Shown here: positions 1 to 12,700 of the stretch, piece by piece
How positions within the stretch are numbered: position 1 is the first letter of the stretch
Layout of the letters: the number at the start of each line of letters is the position of its first letter
Position numbers and translations under genes: made by a program
DNA from: Azolla caroliniana
Taxonomy: Eukaryota > Plantae > Polypodiophyta
NCBI GenBank assembly: GCA_043228905.1
Contig: JBHGNT010000017.1
Span: forward strand, 2,170,001-2,234,000
Reading direction: 5' to 3'
Length of the DNA: 64,000 nucleotides
The notes under the pieces: model-generated
The model's database searches: none
Told to the model about the DNA's origin: nothing
Seen by the model: the letters and a program-made list of their open reading frames with translations, nothing else

Positions 1-667
1 TAAACCTAGTGAATCGTTTAGTGTTGGGTATTAAGGAAAGATGCAAGAAAGGAAGATACAAACACGATCTGTGGCATAAAAGAGAGTCTTTCTCCAACAA
101 GTTACAATAGACGCTAACACTAAAAATGGAATCTACACAATTGGGTCTTACAGTAGTGTTATAGCAAAACATTATAGCCTGGAATGTCTGGAATGTGTTG
201 GGGTTAATAAGAAACTCGATGTCATTTGCATGGACATGGCATGTCTCACCAACTACCTGACCTATCATATCTATAACTAGGATGCTCTTAACTATGATTC
301 TCTGTACTCAATTGTCATTGTATGAATGAGACATTAAAATGCTCACTAAGAACAGACAGAACTGAAACCTATGAAGGGCATGATATAGCAAGCATGAACC
401 AACATGAGAAATGCATGATACAAATGACCAAACTAAAGAGTGTTAAAAAAAAACAAACTCTACTAATCGTCTATTAGTCATTCTATTACTGATGGATACA
501 TTTTTTTATCTGAACAGTATGTTTAAGGTTGCAGGTAAACATGTGTAAAAGAATTTCGCAAGCAGAAAGGGCTCTTACGAAAGCAAAACTTATAAATGGA
601 GTCTCAACTCTGTTAAAGCTTGAAGTGACATTGTTAAATGCTTCACCAAACAAGGAAAAATAGATTA

Positions 668-3008
668 CTATGTCCTCCGGCGAGGCTTTATTTCCCTCTT
701 TAGAGCAAGTTTTTCAAGCTCGCTTGCCCTGCTTTCGTCAAGCTGGAAAGCAGAACTCTTTGCCCCTTTATTTACACCGAAGCTATTCACAATATATTTC
801 CAACCATCAACAGGCCTTCTTCGTGCGTATAGATGCTGCTTCACAAAGTTCGCAATCTGCAGGGAAGACCAAAAATTTCATCAGCCTTTATGAAGTTCTG
901 TAATGTTTTTGACATGGTTGGATCCAGCTTCACCTGAACTCTGTCATGTTCCTTTCTTCTTTCAAATTCTTCCAACATCATGCTTTCCTCTTTGACAGCT
1001 CTTTCTTCATGAAAAATCTCTAAACTTTCCCCTGGCCTTGCAAAGCTTTCCCATTCATCAGACAAAGAGGCATCCATTTTCTGAAGACACTTGTCTCTGC
1101 AATATAAGATCTCAAAATAAGAAACAAAATAGAAATTCCAAAATATAAGATGATGATAGTATAATACTATCCAGATGGGGCCAGCAGGACCCCTGGTAAC
1201 AACAATCATTACAAACTGGTCTACCCAGTTGGGAGGATTTTTAATGGTAGAGTAAAAAGAAAGAGTTTGTTTCTGTGGTTGAGTAGATGAACAAAGAGCC
1301 TTCCATGGCCCTGGTTCTGTGGTCAAACAGATGATATATAATGAAAACAATCATAAAGTATTCAGTGCAGATAGGAAAGTAAAAAATGTGCAATAGTACA
1401 CACCAGAGAGCAACTTTTGTGATCTCAGTGGGTAGCAATGAAATGGGTTTTTGAATACTGCATTCAAGACGCCTATGTGGTGTATCATATGGTCATTGGC
1501 AATGCATAATTGGCCAAATATGACATAAAAACTATGAAACACAAGATCAAACAATTCCAAATACTTTGCCATCATCTAAATACCGAATCAGGCATTTTCC
1601 TATACTTGAGGATATGATTTATCTTGTAAAAATGACATGGGCTAGTAAGTTGGCCCTTCGGGTCCAGTCTAAGATATCAGAAAAACATCCAAGAAAGTCC
1701 TGCTTTGTGCATACTTTTTCTAGAATCCCGTATGTAAAAGATTAAGCATTTTGTAGGCATGATACTGAAAGACTGGCAGCAACATTGGATGGCCATATCA
1801 AGGTTCTGCAGGTGATTGATTACTTAAAATATGTGGACATAAAAAATGCTACAATTGGAACATGGCATTCATTTTATCCTTTCTATAGTCATGAAACAAC
1901 AAATCGTCCAAGGAATGAATAAATGATATCTGGCCACTACAGCTGATTTCATACATACGACATAACCCTGTATCAAACCATGTCTTAGATCAGAAACCCT
2001 GCCATGTCAAGTAGGCCCTACATTTTACTCTGCTTACAGCTTGCAGATTCATTGTCGTCGCGAAACTCTCAGGAAGAGAATAAGAGCCACCCATGAAGGT
2101 CCTACACAAAGAGACAGTTCTTCAACATCTTCAAAGGGTTCATTCAATATGATTTAATCAGTCACTTGGTAGTACCATCCTTATTGGAGATCACATCCAT
2201 TCCCCAGATCTTCACATTTAGGTGGCAGTGGCTGTAGTCAATCGTTGATGTATTGAGCACTATCAAAACATAGGCACAGCAATATGAAGTGCTGGAGGTC
2301 ATCAAATCATTTCCCTTGCCAACCCCCCCAAAATGAAAAGAAACTCTCATACTTCACATTTTTACACACACGCACACAAACACACATACACAATCGTCAG
2401 TTGGTAGCACCACCTCTTTAGGGCAACACAGCCATTCAGCTGGCTCATATAGTTTAGGCAGCAGCAGTTGTTGCCAAACATGGATGTACCAAAATGATTT
2501 TCTTCGAGTCACCTCACTCAAAGACTCTCTATCTCCATTTCTCTCCAAATTGAGACACAAACAATGCATAGAGGAGCACTTACGTGGACAAAGAATCTGC
2601 ATCCCCCATGTCAGGTGAGACATCTCCCAGCTTGCTCTTGATTTCTTTTTGCCACAACCTAGCATGCAACCCAACCTTGGAAAGATTGTAATCATTCATT
2701 TGAGGTGGAGCCGGACTCGGATCTTGGTCTCCCCTATGTGAGAAAATCTCCTGCCTACTCTCGGAATGACATGTTTCCTGAGGCTGCTTCGTATTTACTC
2801 CGTCAGGAGACGCTGGTGCGTGCGCATAGTCGTTGGAGAGTGGTCTATGGAGAGGAGACGACGCCACAGTGCTGTTGTCTCTCCCTCGAGGATCTGGCCC
2901 CGCGCCAAAGAAGCTAGCCCTGCATCCGGAGATTTCCCTGGCAGGTTGCTGGCGGAGGGGAGAGGAGAAGAAGGAGAAGAAACGAGGGGCAATTCTGGGC
3001 GTCGGCAT
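668..3008 (-). CDS. GCD1/mS45-like (mucin-related) putative mitochondrial protein, about 4 exons
   Basis: Phase-compatible GT-AG exons at 3008-2584, 2101-2038, 1080-934 and 856-668. The C-terminus EEFERRKEHDRVQIANFVKQHLYARRRPVDGWKYIV...ELEKLALKREIKPRRRT resembles, from memory, the SRRRPxDGWK and EKMYVKRE motifs of Arabidopsis GCD1/At2g02880. The N-terminus is Arg/Ser/Phe-rich, like a mitochondrial presequence. Internal exons may be missing. Confidence 0.6.
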
Positions 3009-3136
3009 GAGCCTCTACAGCAGAGCAAAGTTCCACATACACGGAGTGAGAGAGAAGAAGAAAGGTGCAGGAATTTGTTTTAATGCATACATATACGTAT
3101 ACATTGGGCCATAACTATGGAAGACACCCTCAACAT

Positions 3137-3316
3137 ATACATGTATGTATGTATGTATGTATGTATACATGAACCAAAGCTAGGTATCTACATATGTAAT
3201 TACGTATGTATGTATATATATGTATCAGTATGTATATATGGGCCAAAGCTAGGTATCTACATATGTAATTACATGTGTGTGTGTGTGTGTATGTGCGTGA
3301 GTATGTATGTATACAT
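3137..3316. repeat. (TATG)n/(TG)n microsatellite block with a duplicated ~68-bp unit
   Basis: ccaaagctaggtatctacatatgtaattac occurs twice, separated by TATG/TG runs. Confidence 0.85.
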
Positions 3317-5408
3317 GGGGTCATAGATAGGTACGATAAGCACATCATTATAGTGGCAGGTCCAAAAGGTGTTATCGCAATTGATTGGCCTTAACTATGA
3401 TAATGTTGAATTCAAGTTGGTTGTCCTTAACGATTTACCACCAACTCGAAAGAAAATCATCTGGATATTTGTCAATACATGTCGGGTGACACAAAAGACC
3501 ATTGCACATTTCTATATCTATCCCATGAGGGAGATGAGGCTCCAACACAATCGTTTTTGCATTTCTTATTGTCATATTGGATTAATAGGGTGGAGATAAT
3601 AGGGTGGAGACGATACGCATAGGGGGTAGATGACATTATATATGACTATTATCTATCCTAGGAGGGAATTGCGGCTCCAACACTTCTATTTTTCCATCTT
3701 GTCTCATATTGGATTAATAGGTATAGGGTCAAGAAACCAATTGCTCCCATAATGTTGTAAGAAAGGTGCATTCTTGTGTCCGAATTGTACAAGCAATTCT
3801 TTTGCTTGTTTGATTGGTTCCACATGTAGATTATAAGAAGGAAACCCTTGGATTTTTTGTCCTAGAGGCTCAAACTCTAACATCTTTAAAACTCTTGGAT
3901 TGACAAGGTGGTATCTCATATCTCCTCATATGTGGTAGCTATAATGACATTCCACAAAATGAAGATACAAAAATGGGATACACAATATGTTGAATATAGA
4001 AATAAAGATGTCATATGTTGAATCTAGAAATAAAGATTTGTCATGCATGCGAAGATTCTCCTTGCCTTGTTCACATGGAAAATGAAACATCAAAATGATT
4101 AGATGAAATTCCATTATCTAGCAAATCCTTTTGGCACATTACAATGCATACAATTAACCTAGAGTATGAATCATAGTTCATTATAGGAAAAGGAAATGGC
4201 AGCAAGGAAGTTATGTTAATGCTTAATAGAGTAAACCAAGAGCCTAAACTACACAACCACCACACAAGAGACAATAATCAAATGTAGGAGGCGCTACTCA
4301 TCACAACCATATATTTTTTGACATCGCATAATTTAAGTAACAAAGGCAAATAGATGTGAAAATATTTACATGAATATTATGTACCATTCTCAAGAGGGAA
4401 CACTCTTGGGAGCGATTCCATCTCAACAAGAAACATTCATTTCTCTCAACAAGAAACATTCTTGGAAATGCTTCTAAGTTCTAACATTCTCAACAGGCAC
4501 ATGCAACCCAAGTTCTTTTTCAAATAAATTGCCATGCATTTACTCTTCAGAAGAAACCTGCCTACAAGCTCCTAGGTGTTGTTGATAAAAGTAGGACGAT
4601 TCAAGGTTACGAAGTTGAGTGGCTCACATTCCTAATAGAATTATTGAGGTTCAAGAACAAAGCGTTATTTAGTTATCAAACAATTACTGACTGAAGGCAA
4701 AAGCCTGAGCATGAGATGTGTAATGAAACTATATTTGAGACAGAGATGGGAAATCTCACAGGTAAGCACATTCTCAGACTAACTAACAATAAAACAAGAA
4801 AGTCTACCTTCCTCACATAACAGTTAAATGAGGTGGGCACACAAATGACAAGTCAACAAATTTCAGAAAATTTAGCCATTGCTCTATAGGGGGGTTTCAA
4901 TCTCAACCTTGAATGCATGCACCATATCAAAGAGACAACTGCATATCAATGCAAATTGTCCGCAAATCCAAATTGCAGTTCAACAGATTCTGCAATAATT
5001 CAAAACTGGCAGGTATACAGAATATACACTTGGATTGGCAACATCCGCACCTATCAAGTACCCAGTTCATGATGACCAACAAGAAAACTAAGCAGATTTT
5101 CATCCCTACTAAAAATACAGAATTGCTAGGATGAAGCAAAATTGGAATGGCTTATGAAGTCCACAATTAAACATTATACATGAATGTACTGGAAATTAGC
5201 AAAACATCAGCACTGGTTGTCATAGACTAAATCAAAATATAAATTAATGCATAGTAACCACTCAAAAAGAGGGAAATGGAGCAAAATCCTCAATGTAGCA
5301 TCCATAGACTAGGAAAAAGTAATACAGCAGATATTAGAAATTCCTAACACTATCACCTCAAGCATTCTCCCAGATGCTATGTTCATTCACTAAAGCATGC
5401 ATTAGAGT

Positions 5409-7005
5409 TTACATCCCTGTGAATGCCTTCTTGCCACCCTCTGATGATCCCATTGGGATGACCTTAAGCACATTAAACCTTACGGTCTTTGATAGCGGCC
5501 TGCAAGAAAATGGTAATTGTGTTACTGTCCCATTACAACTGGGAAAAAACTATTCCATTACACATAAACTGATACTGACCTGCACTGTCCAATGATGACT
5601 TTGTCGCCTTCCTTCACTCGAAAACAAGGTGAGACATGAGCAGAAAGATTGGAATGCCTCTTCTCATACCTGCACACACATACATCATTTTGATAATCTG
5701 ACCATACAAATTACAAATATATCATTACAAGGGAAAACAGTGGAACAAAAACATGCAACATCATATAATAGCATGACAATACCTAAACCGTTAACATCAC
5801 TTATAATGAAACTTACCTTTGGTACTTCTTCACAAAGTGCAAATAATCCCTTCGGACAGTGATTGTCCTTGTCATCTTGGTGCAGTTAACTGTTCCAGTT
5901 AAGATACGCCCCCTGATGGACACGTTACTGGTGAACGGGCACTTCTTGTCAATATAAGTCCCTGCAATACAAGAAAATAGCCGTTTCTAAGTTTTAACAA
6001 AGGACACTTTACAGTTGGATAAGTAGACCCTGAATTACCATGTTTCTGGCTCTTCGAAAAGAGAAAACATACAATTCAAAGATAGAGCTTGCTCACTTAC
6101 CACAATTAATAATTATACTAGTCAAACCATCAGTTCTTCTCAAAAAAGTTAAGTAATTTTCGCAATCATGAGTCATGATAATCAATAAAGAATAAAAAAA
6201 TTACTCAATGCTCGATTTTGATTTACACCCACACCAGTTGAATGACAAACGCTAACAGATCCTAGCACATAGTTTCACTTATACCTGATGGGTAACTAAA
6301 CCTCGAAAAACGAATATACAAGAGGCAAGGTTTGTGATGTGTAAGCATCACATTGTATGCTCTCAAGAGCTAATGGCAGCTTGCTAAAATGAATTTCGAA
6401 TGCCATAAATTAATATCCAAATCTCTCCCTCTCTCGGGATAATAAAACGATAGTATCACGATGTCATTACAGTGATACGCATTCTAAGCGCGCGAGCAGC
6501 TCGCCAAGAAGTTAAAGAGAACATTCGAAAGAGGCAGAAAAATACGTATTTGGATCACATTAACCTTTACATCCGGCAACAGTCTCTCATATAACGAAGT
6601 GCATGAAGCAATAGAGATTGACATCTTCACGTTTTGAGATCCAAGAGACTAACCTTCAATAGCTTCCCTAGGTGTCTTAAACCCTAGCCCAACGTTCTTG
6701 TAGAACCGGTTTCCACACTTTCCGGGTGCTTTCCCCTTTCCACCAATCTTGCTACTGCAGACATCAAAGAAAACGACACATCAGAGAAGAGAAACTTAGA
6801 AAAATAAGACATTCAGAGCTACGCCCGTCCACAGAAGATCGAAGTCTTACCTGAGGAAGACCTTGGGCTGTTTGAGAAAAGCACGCTCCGTCTGCAAGAA
6901 CGAGAAAGGAAAAAGGAAAGTGAGCGACGTGGTGAGGAAGAGACGAGGTGAAGAGATGGTGTTCAGCAGAAGAGAGGAGATAGGAGGATTTACCTGCTCC
7001 GCCAT
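5409..7005 (-). CDS. RPS11: 40S ribosomal protein S11 (uS17), 6 exons
   Basis: Exons at about 7005-6994, 6891-6851, 6755-6654, 5961-5817, 5669-5580 and 5499-5409 translate to [17 protein letters not shown]...[39 protein letters not shown]...[43 protein letters not shown]...KKAFTGM*. Splice sites are canonical. Confidence 0.97.
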
Positions 7006-7114
7006 CTCCTAGAACCTGTCGCTCAAGAATTCTCTCGTTCTCGCCGTCCGTCGGGCGGTCAGTCTTCTGTCTGTGATGGTTTCGGAAGCTCTCGCGCAGG
7101 AAGGAGTGCCTTAC

Positions 7115-7187
7115 TTAGGGTTTGGACAGATTTCATAGGGTGTCATTTAACCATGGTTAAAATCAAACCCAAGGTGGGTTAGGGTTT
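7115..7187 (-). promoter_or_regulatory. Two telo-boxes (AAACCCTAA) upstream of RPS11
   Basis: ttagggttt at 7115-7123 and 7179-7187, 110-180 bp upstream of the RPS11 ATG. Telo-boxes are established elements of plant ribosomal-protein promoters. Confidence 0.75.
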
Positions 7188-7929
7188 AAAAACTATCATA
7201 TTTATGTATTTGTATTTGAAGGCATACATATAATATAACAATGTTTATGCATCTATTTGCTATATCTTTTTTTTTATCAAACATCAAAATGAGGTGAAAT
7301 GTGATGCTCCGAGTGTCTACGACTGGACTCCATCTCCACCTCCATCCATCCCAAATGCTAGAAATGATGTACCATATTGCAAAATAAGAACATTTTCTAC
7401 TTATTAACATGACACGTGACACGTGTTGCGGCTTCACTACCGTTTGATAAGCATGAGTTTGGAATCGATACATCCCAATGATATTTTGAAGCTCTCAGTC
7501 ATGTAGCCAATCGCTCGCTCATATGAAGAGTACCTATATGACTTCTTAGATGATATGAATTCTTGAAATTTGGTTTATGGAGGATTGCACGGTTATGTGA
7601 GACGACCCCCAACTAAAGAAAAAATTGGTATTGTAAACTAGCTCAAGTAATAAAGCTAAATAATGAGAATTTTGTTGAACTTGAACCCGTGTGAACTCAT
7701 TACAAAAACAATCAATTGCTACCATTTAAAACTTTTACTTCAACAAATTCATAATGAAAGAGTTCAATTTGCAAGTGAAGGTGATATTTCTATTTTGTAG
7801 ATATTTCTATTTCAAAGTTCAATACCGAAGAATAGACCAAGCACTAGAAAAACAAATCATATTTGAATGATTCAATAGTTAATTAGAATAAGTTTTCGAC
7901 GGGATGGATATACCCAAGTAACCCAACAT

Positions 7930-9100
7930 ATAAACCATTGTAATATTCTTCTTTCTGTATGTGTTAGTATTTATCATACAATTTCTTGGCACCGTTGAGT
8001 ATGCTTTATTGAAATGGCACCCAAACTTTGGGTGATTAATGTGTCATTTTGTTCTATTTGTCTTGTCTATATAAACTACATTACAAAAAGTTACATGAAT
8101 CATTGTGTCTAAGTTTGATCTCTAAGCAATTGAGCATCTAGATGAAAGAGATTTACAATTTAGCATCTCATAACATTAAGGATGCCCCTAAGAATAATGC
8201 AAGCTCTCTTTGCATGAAATGAATTAACTTTAGATATACGTCCATACAATAGCATCCAAACCCTCATCAACCAACAATCATCCATTGAGCTAATGGACTT
8301 ACATCTACACTTATTCAATCCTTTGTGTAACAAATACTTGTATGGTTGTAGCGATCTCCACCGTTCTAAGCATTTCAATTGTGTCAAAAACAAAGTATCT
8401 GGAAAGGTTCTAAAGTGAACTTATTTATGAAAAGATTGTTGAGCAAGAGGATCAAGGTGCATTCATGTCCACTTGATTAAGAAGTGAGGTACTTAAAAGA
8501 CAACCAATAGAAAAAGAAACCAAATTGTTGGTACAAATGTCCATGTGAAAACAAACGAAGACAAGAACAAACACGATGTCACAAGACCAAAGGAAACACC
8601 ATGTAAAATTATTTAGAACATCCAACAATCCTCTATAATAGCATGTATCGAATACAATGAATGGGCCATATATTCTCAAGTTATGTGTTAGTGTGGTTTA
8701 ATCATTGTAGTTGTGTGGCACAAACATGACACAATGAGAACTTCCCTCGTTAAAGATCAAAAGCACCTTTTGTGAATATTCTTCTATTAGACTCAAACAA
8801 TGGCAATCCTATGTAGAGAGTGAGACATCTCCAATGCAAAGTCTTTCAAAGTTTAACACTATTGTTACCATCAAATTGGTTAACATGTTATACGGTGGAC
8901 GATACTAGTTCTATATTGAGAAAACACTCTTATCCATTAAAAACTCAAACCATGACTCCAACATTCATTGAAACTATTGGCATGGTCTAGACCACCATCA
9001 CTACCATATAGGCAACATTTCACAAGCTCATCATGGGTTCACAAATGAAGCATATTAGTGTGGTCGTTATTTGTTAGGTGGTGTAAAGCTTACACTTAGC
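7930..9100 (-). mobile_element. Highly degenerate non-LTR retrotransposon (RT) remnant
   Basis: The minus strand near 7980-8020 reads FNKAYSTVPR, resembling the RT motif DFxKAFDTVPR. The rest is full of stops and the boundaries are uncertain. Confidence 0.35.
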
Positions 9101-9782
9101 AAAGATCGAAATGCACAAACTCGTTTGTAACCAAACATCTACTTAGCATAGCAGATTGTTGAATGTTACCTATATATAAGAAGAAGAAACTGATGATAAA
9201 TTTAAAACAGAAGAAGAAAATATTATATTCTAGAATCAGATTATATTACTTCATAGATGGTACAAAAATTGATTGTCAATCTAAAAATAGTTGTTGACTA
9301 TGGACTCTCAAATGTTTCATGTAGTATTTACAAGTGTAATATCAATCTTGATGGATTGATCAATGTCCACGATTTCTACAATCATAATATATTGTACATC
9401 CTCTCTCTCACAACCCCAGAGTGTCTTCATTTATGTAACAACCATTACATGGAAATATCCTAAAAGAACTTCTATTTAACATTCAAAAGATAACTCTTCA
9501 GTGTTTGGTCTTTGATGTTTAACCCTCTCCTTGAATTTTAAACACAAGAATGTAGCTTTTGATCAGTGGTATCAAGTCAAACTTTCGCATGCATCAAACA
9601 CAACCTACAAAACAAAGCAACATAGACCCACACTATTCGCATCATCATTCCTGCAAAAAGAAAATATCATAAGAAAGAGATGAACCTATTATGTATATAA
9701 AGAAAAATATGTATGGAGGTGGTTTGCTCATCTTACCATAATTATTTTGTGCTTGCTTGTATCCTACTTTTGTAGATGGAAA

Positions 9783-12700
9783 TTAACTACACATGTCATC
9801 ATCTTTGATGTTATAGTTGCGCACTTTAGGTTTGGTTTGAATGTCTTCTTGTTTTCTAAACAAAGATTTGAGTCGGGCATGTTGACTCAATGTTCCCTAT
9901 GAATCACCATCATGAAACATGATTTTGTCATGAGGATAAAATGAAGATGCGAAAATCATTAAAAATGCATACACTAGAAAATAAGAAAGAAGAGAGAATG
10001 TAATATTGCCATCTTATGCTATACTTTCATGAAAAAGCTTGGAACGATATTCTAGACTGAAGTTCCCAAAACCTGAACTTCAAAATGGTAGGAACTGGTC
10101 ATTTGTGAGCTTTTTTATTAAAGGACCTCTAATCATACCTATCAAACCTCTTAAATCAATGTGGGAAAAACTAATACTTAAGTGTTGCAGCTTGTTTTTT
10201 TCAGTTTAGGCTCACATGATATTTACTATTGTAGCTATATTAGAGAATTTTGGTTTTTCAAACCGTCAGCATATTTTAGAGTATAGAAGAGAGATTGCAC
10301 CGACTACTAAAGAACCAAAATATGAGATATTTCTTTCACACTGGAACTGCATGGCAATTGCTCAAAACCAATAAAAGATGCTGTATTTTTTTACCACTTT
10401 ACATGTCAATAGATCTCACTGCATTTGTAGTGAATGTTCTCAAAACCAATTAAAGATGCTGGAATGCTTTTGATGTCATACATGTTGATTGATTGCATTG
10501 CATTGTTAGAGAATGACCACTATATAGGGCAACCCAATGGAGAGGAGGTGTTTTGAAAGATGGATCATGAAAACATATAAAGATATTGATCATCTGTTTT
10601 ACACTTAAAATGCCAAAGAGAAGAAATATGAAAGTACAGTTCATGTAGAAAAACCTTGTGAATGATGTCGGATGTCGTCCGTTCATGATACCTGGCATTG
10701 TTTCCTTCAACAAGAAGCCTATTTTTTGTTGTATTAACTTTTGGATCTACCATATCATACGTGTTTGGATTAGGCAAAACAGTATTACAGCATTGATTGG
10801 GAGGATCTGCTCCACTGCATCTATTCCATGTTGCACAACAGTGAGAGTGAACCTGTAACAAATTGTATGACCATGTGAAAGAAAAAATATTGGCAGTTAA
10901 AGTTTATGGTCTTTTTGCATTAACAAGAGGCTTAAAGTAAATCATCTTCCTTTCATAATTGGAGATGTATCAAAAGACTATTCACATGATTCCATCAAGA
11001 TGACCCTTTTTTGCATATAGGTCATCACTCTAGCCTTGACATTATAGATCACCTGATCGAGCTAGATTATCCTTTCTCAAATGTAGATAACTATGGTTTC
11101 CCAAGATGTGAGCTGGATAAACCTTTCTTCCATATAGGTCATCTGCTGTCGTCTTGACATTACAGACCATCTGGTTGGTGTTTAATGTTGTACAGCAAAT
11201 AAGTTCCTTCGGCAGTAGCCAGTTGCATGTTTTTTCCCATAAAAGCCAAAACACGTTTCAGGCTCCACATTAGCTCATAGGTCTTTTATACAGGTTTAAT
11301 TTGACAACGTTGGGTTCAAAACTCAGTTAAATAGAACTCCATTTACTTTCTGTGGAAGGGAAATTATTCATCAATACATGTTCCAAAGAATAGATCGCTA
11401 CACGTTCCAAACTTATAACCTACTCCTGTCTTTACGTTTGATGATTGTGAAATGTATACATAGAGAAACAAAATGCAGTGCACTGTTCAGTTATATTCCA
11501 TTTTATTTCAAATGAAAATGATGGGATCAACAGCTTATACCGTGGGGTTATTCTGTGGTTGTGTTTGTCTTTCTTTGCAGCCCAATACATGCTGTTGGTC
11601 AACACAATGACATGGTAAACTCCTGAGAAAAATTCATCTATTTCATATATTTGGAAATTGCATAGGCACTAAAGGCCTACAAGAAGAGCCCACAAAAAGA
11701 AATTTCAACAATATCACCTATTACAAAAATTGTTGGACAAAATATGTAATATTATAAACCAGATTCTATGAAGAACCTGCAATGTCATTTCTCGTTTCAA
11801 TACCTGCTCAAGTCAGCATGAAGTGAGTTGTTAAGATCCATAAGAAGATCGCGTTCATCTGCAAGTTTTGCAGCATGTGCAAGAGTGGCCTCCAACTGTG
11901 TTTTTAACTTCATTTGAGTTTGCTCCAACTCAGAAATTTTTGCAGACAATTTCTCATCTGAGCTATAAACAGTGGTCATTAAAGTTCTTGACATAATGAA
12001 GAGTTACTCATAAGAAAAACATTACAACTTTCACAATTGGAATGGCAATACAAGCATTGTACTTACAAATTGCTTTCTAGGGTTTCTGAGGAATTTATGG
12101 GTTTCCTGGTTACAGGAACACTCGAGTGAATTCCATCAAATTTGGAAGAGATACTTGTTATCCTCTGTTTCAAAAAGTCTAGTTCTTGTTTGATGTCCTT
12201 TTCTGCTTCCACCTATATTGACCAATCAAAATATTGCAATAAGTGGTTGAAACAACGAAAGATATCTCTCTTGATGGAGGATATCATTTACACTTTCTAC
12301 CTAATGGCATTTCTGACAGTTGGTCAAGCCCAACTAAAAACTAAAAGTCCTATCGAATTTTCACTTAAGATATGTGTGCATGCATGTGCCACAAGCAAAA
12401 TAATCATGTAACATAATGACATAGAAAGGAGTCGACAACCATTTCTAGGCTTTCATAACTACCTCAAACTGTTTTCCAGAAAGGTGTTGCTTTGCTGGCT
12501 CAGTTTTTTTTGTTAAAGTTGCATCTTGTAGAGCTTCCATTTCCAAGCGAAGCATAGCTATTTAAACATAAAGATGATTGTCTAGGAAAGTGGCCTCATT
12601 ATTGAATCGGAAATTACGAAACCAATCTTTAATTCACATTTTGAGTGTTACCAACAACTTTTTGGATCTTCTCGTTCTGATCTTTTAGCTCAATCAAGCT

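Noticed and set aside
2354-2583. Coding-looking stretch LPKLYEPAEWLCCPKEVV in GCD1-like intron 1
   Set aside because: It has no convincing acceptor at a usable distance, and exon 1 joins the 2101-2038 exon in phase without it.
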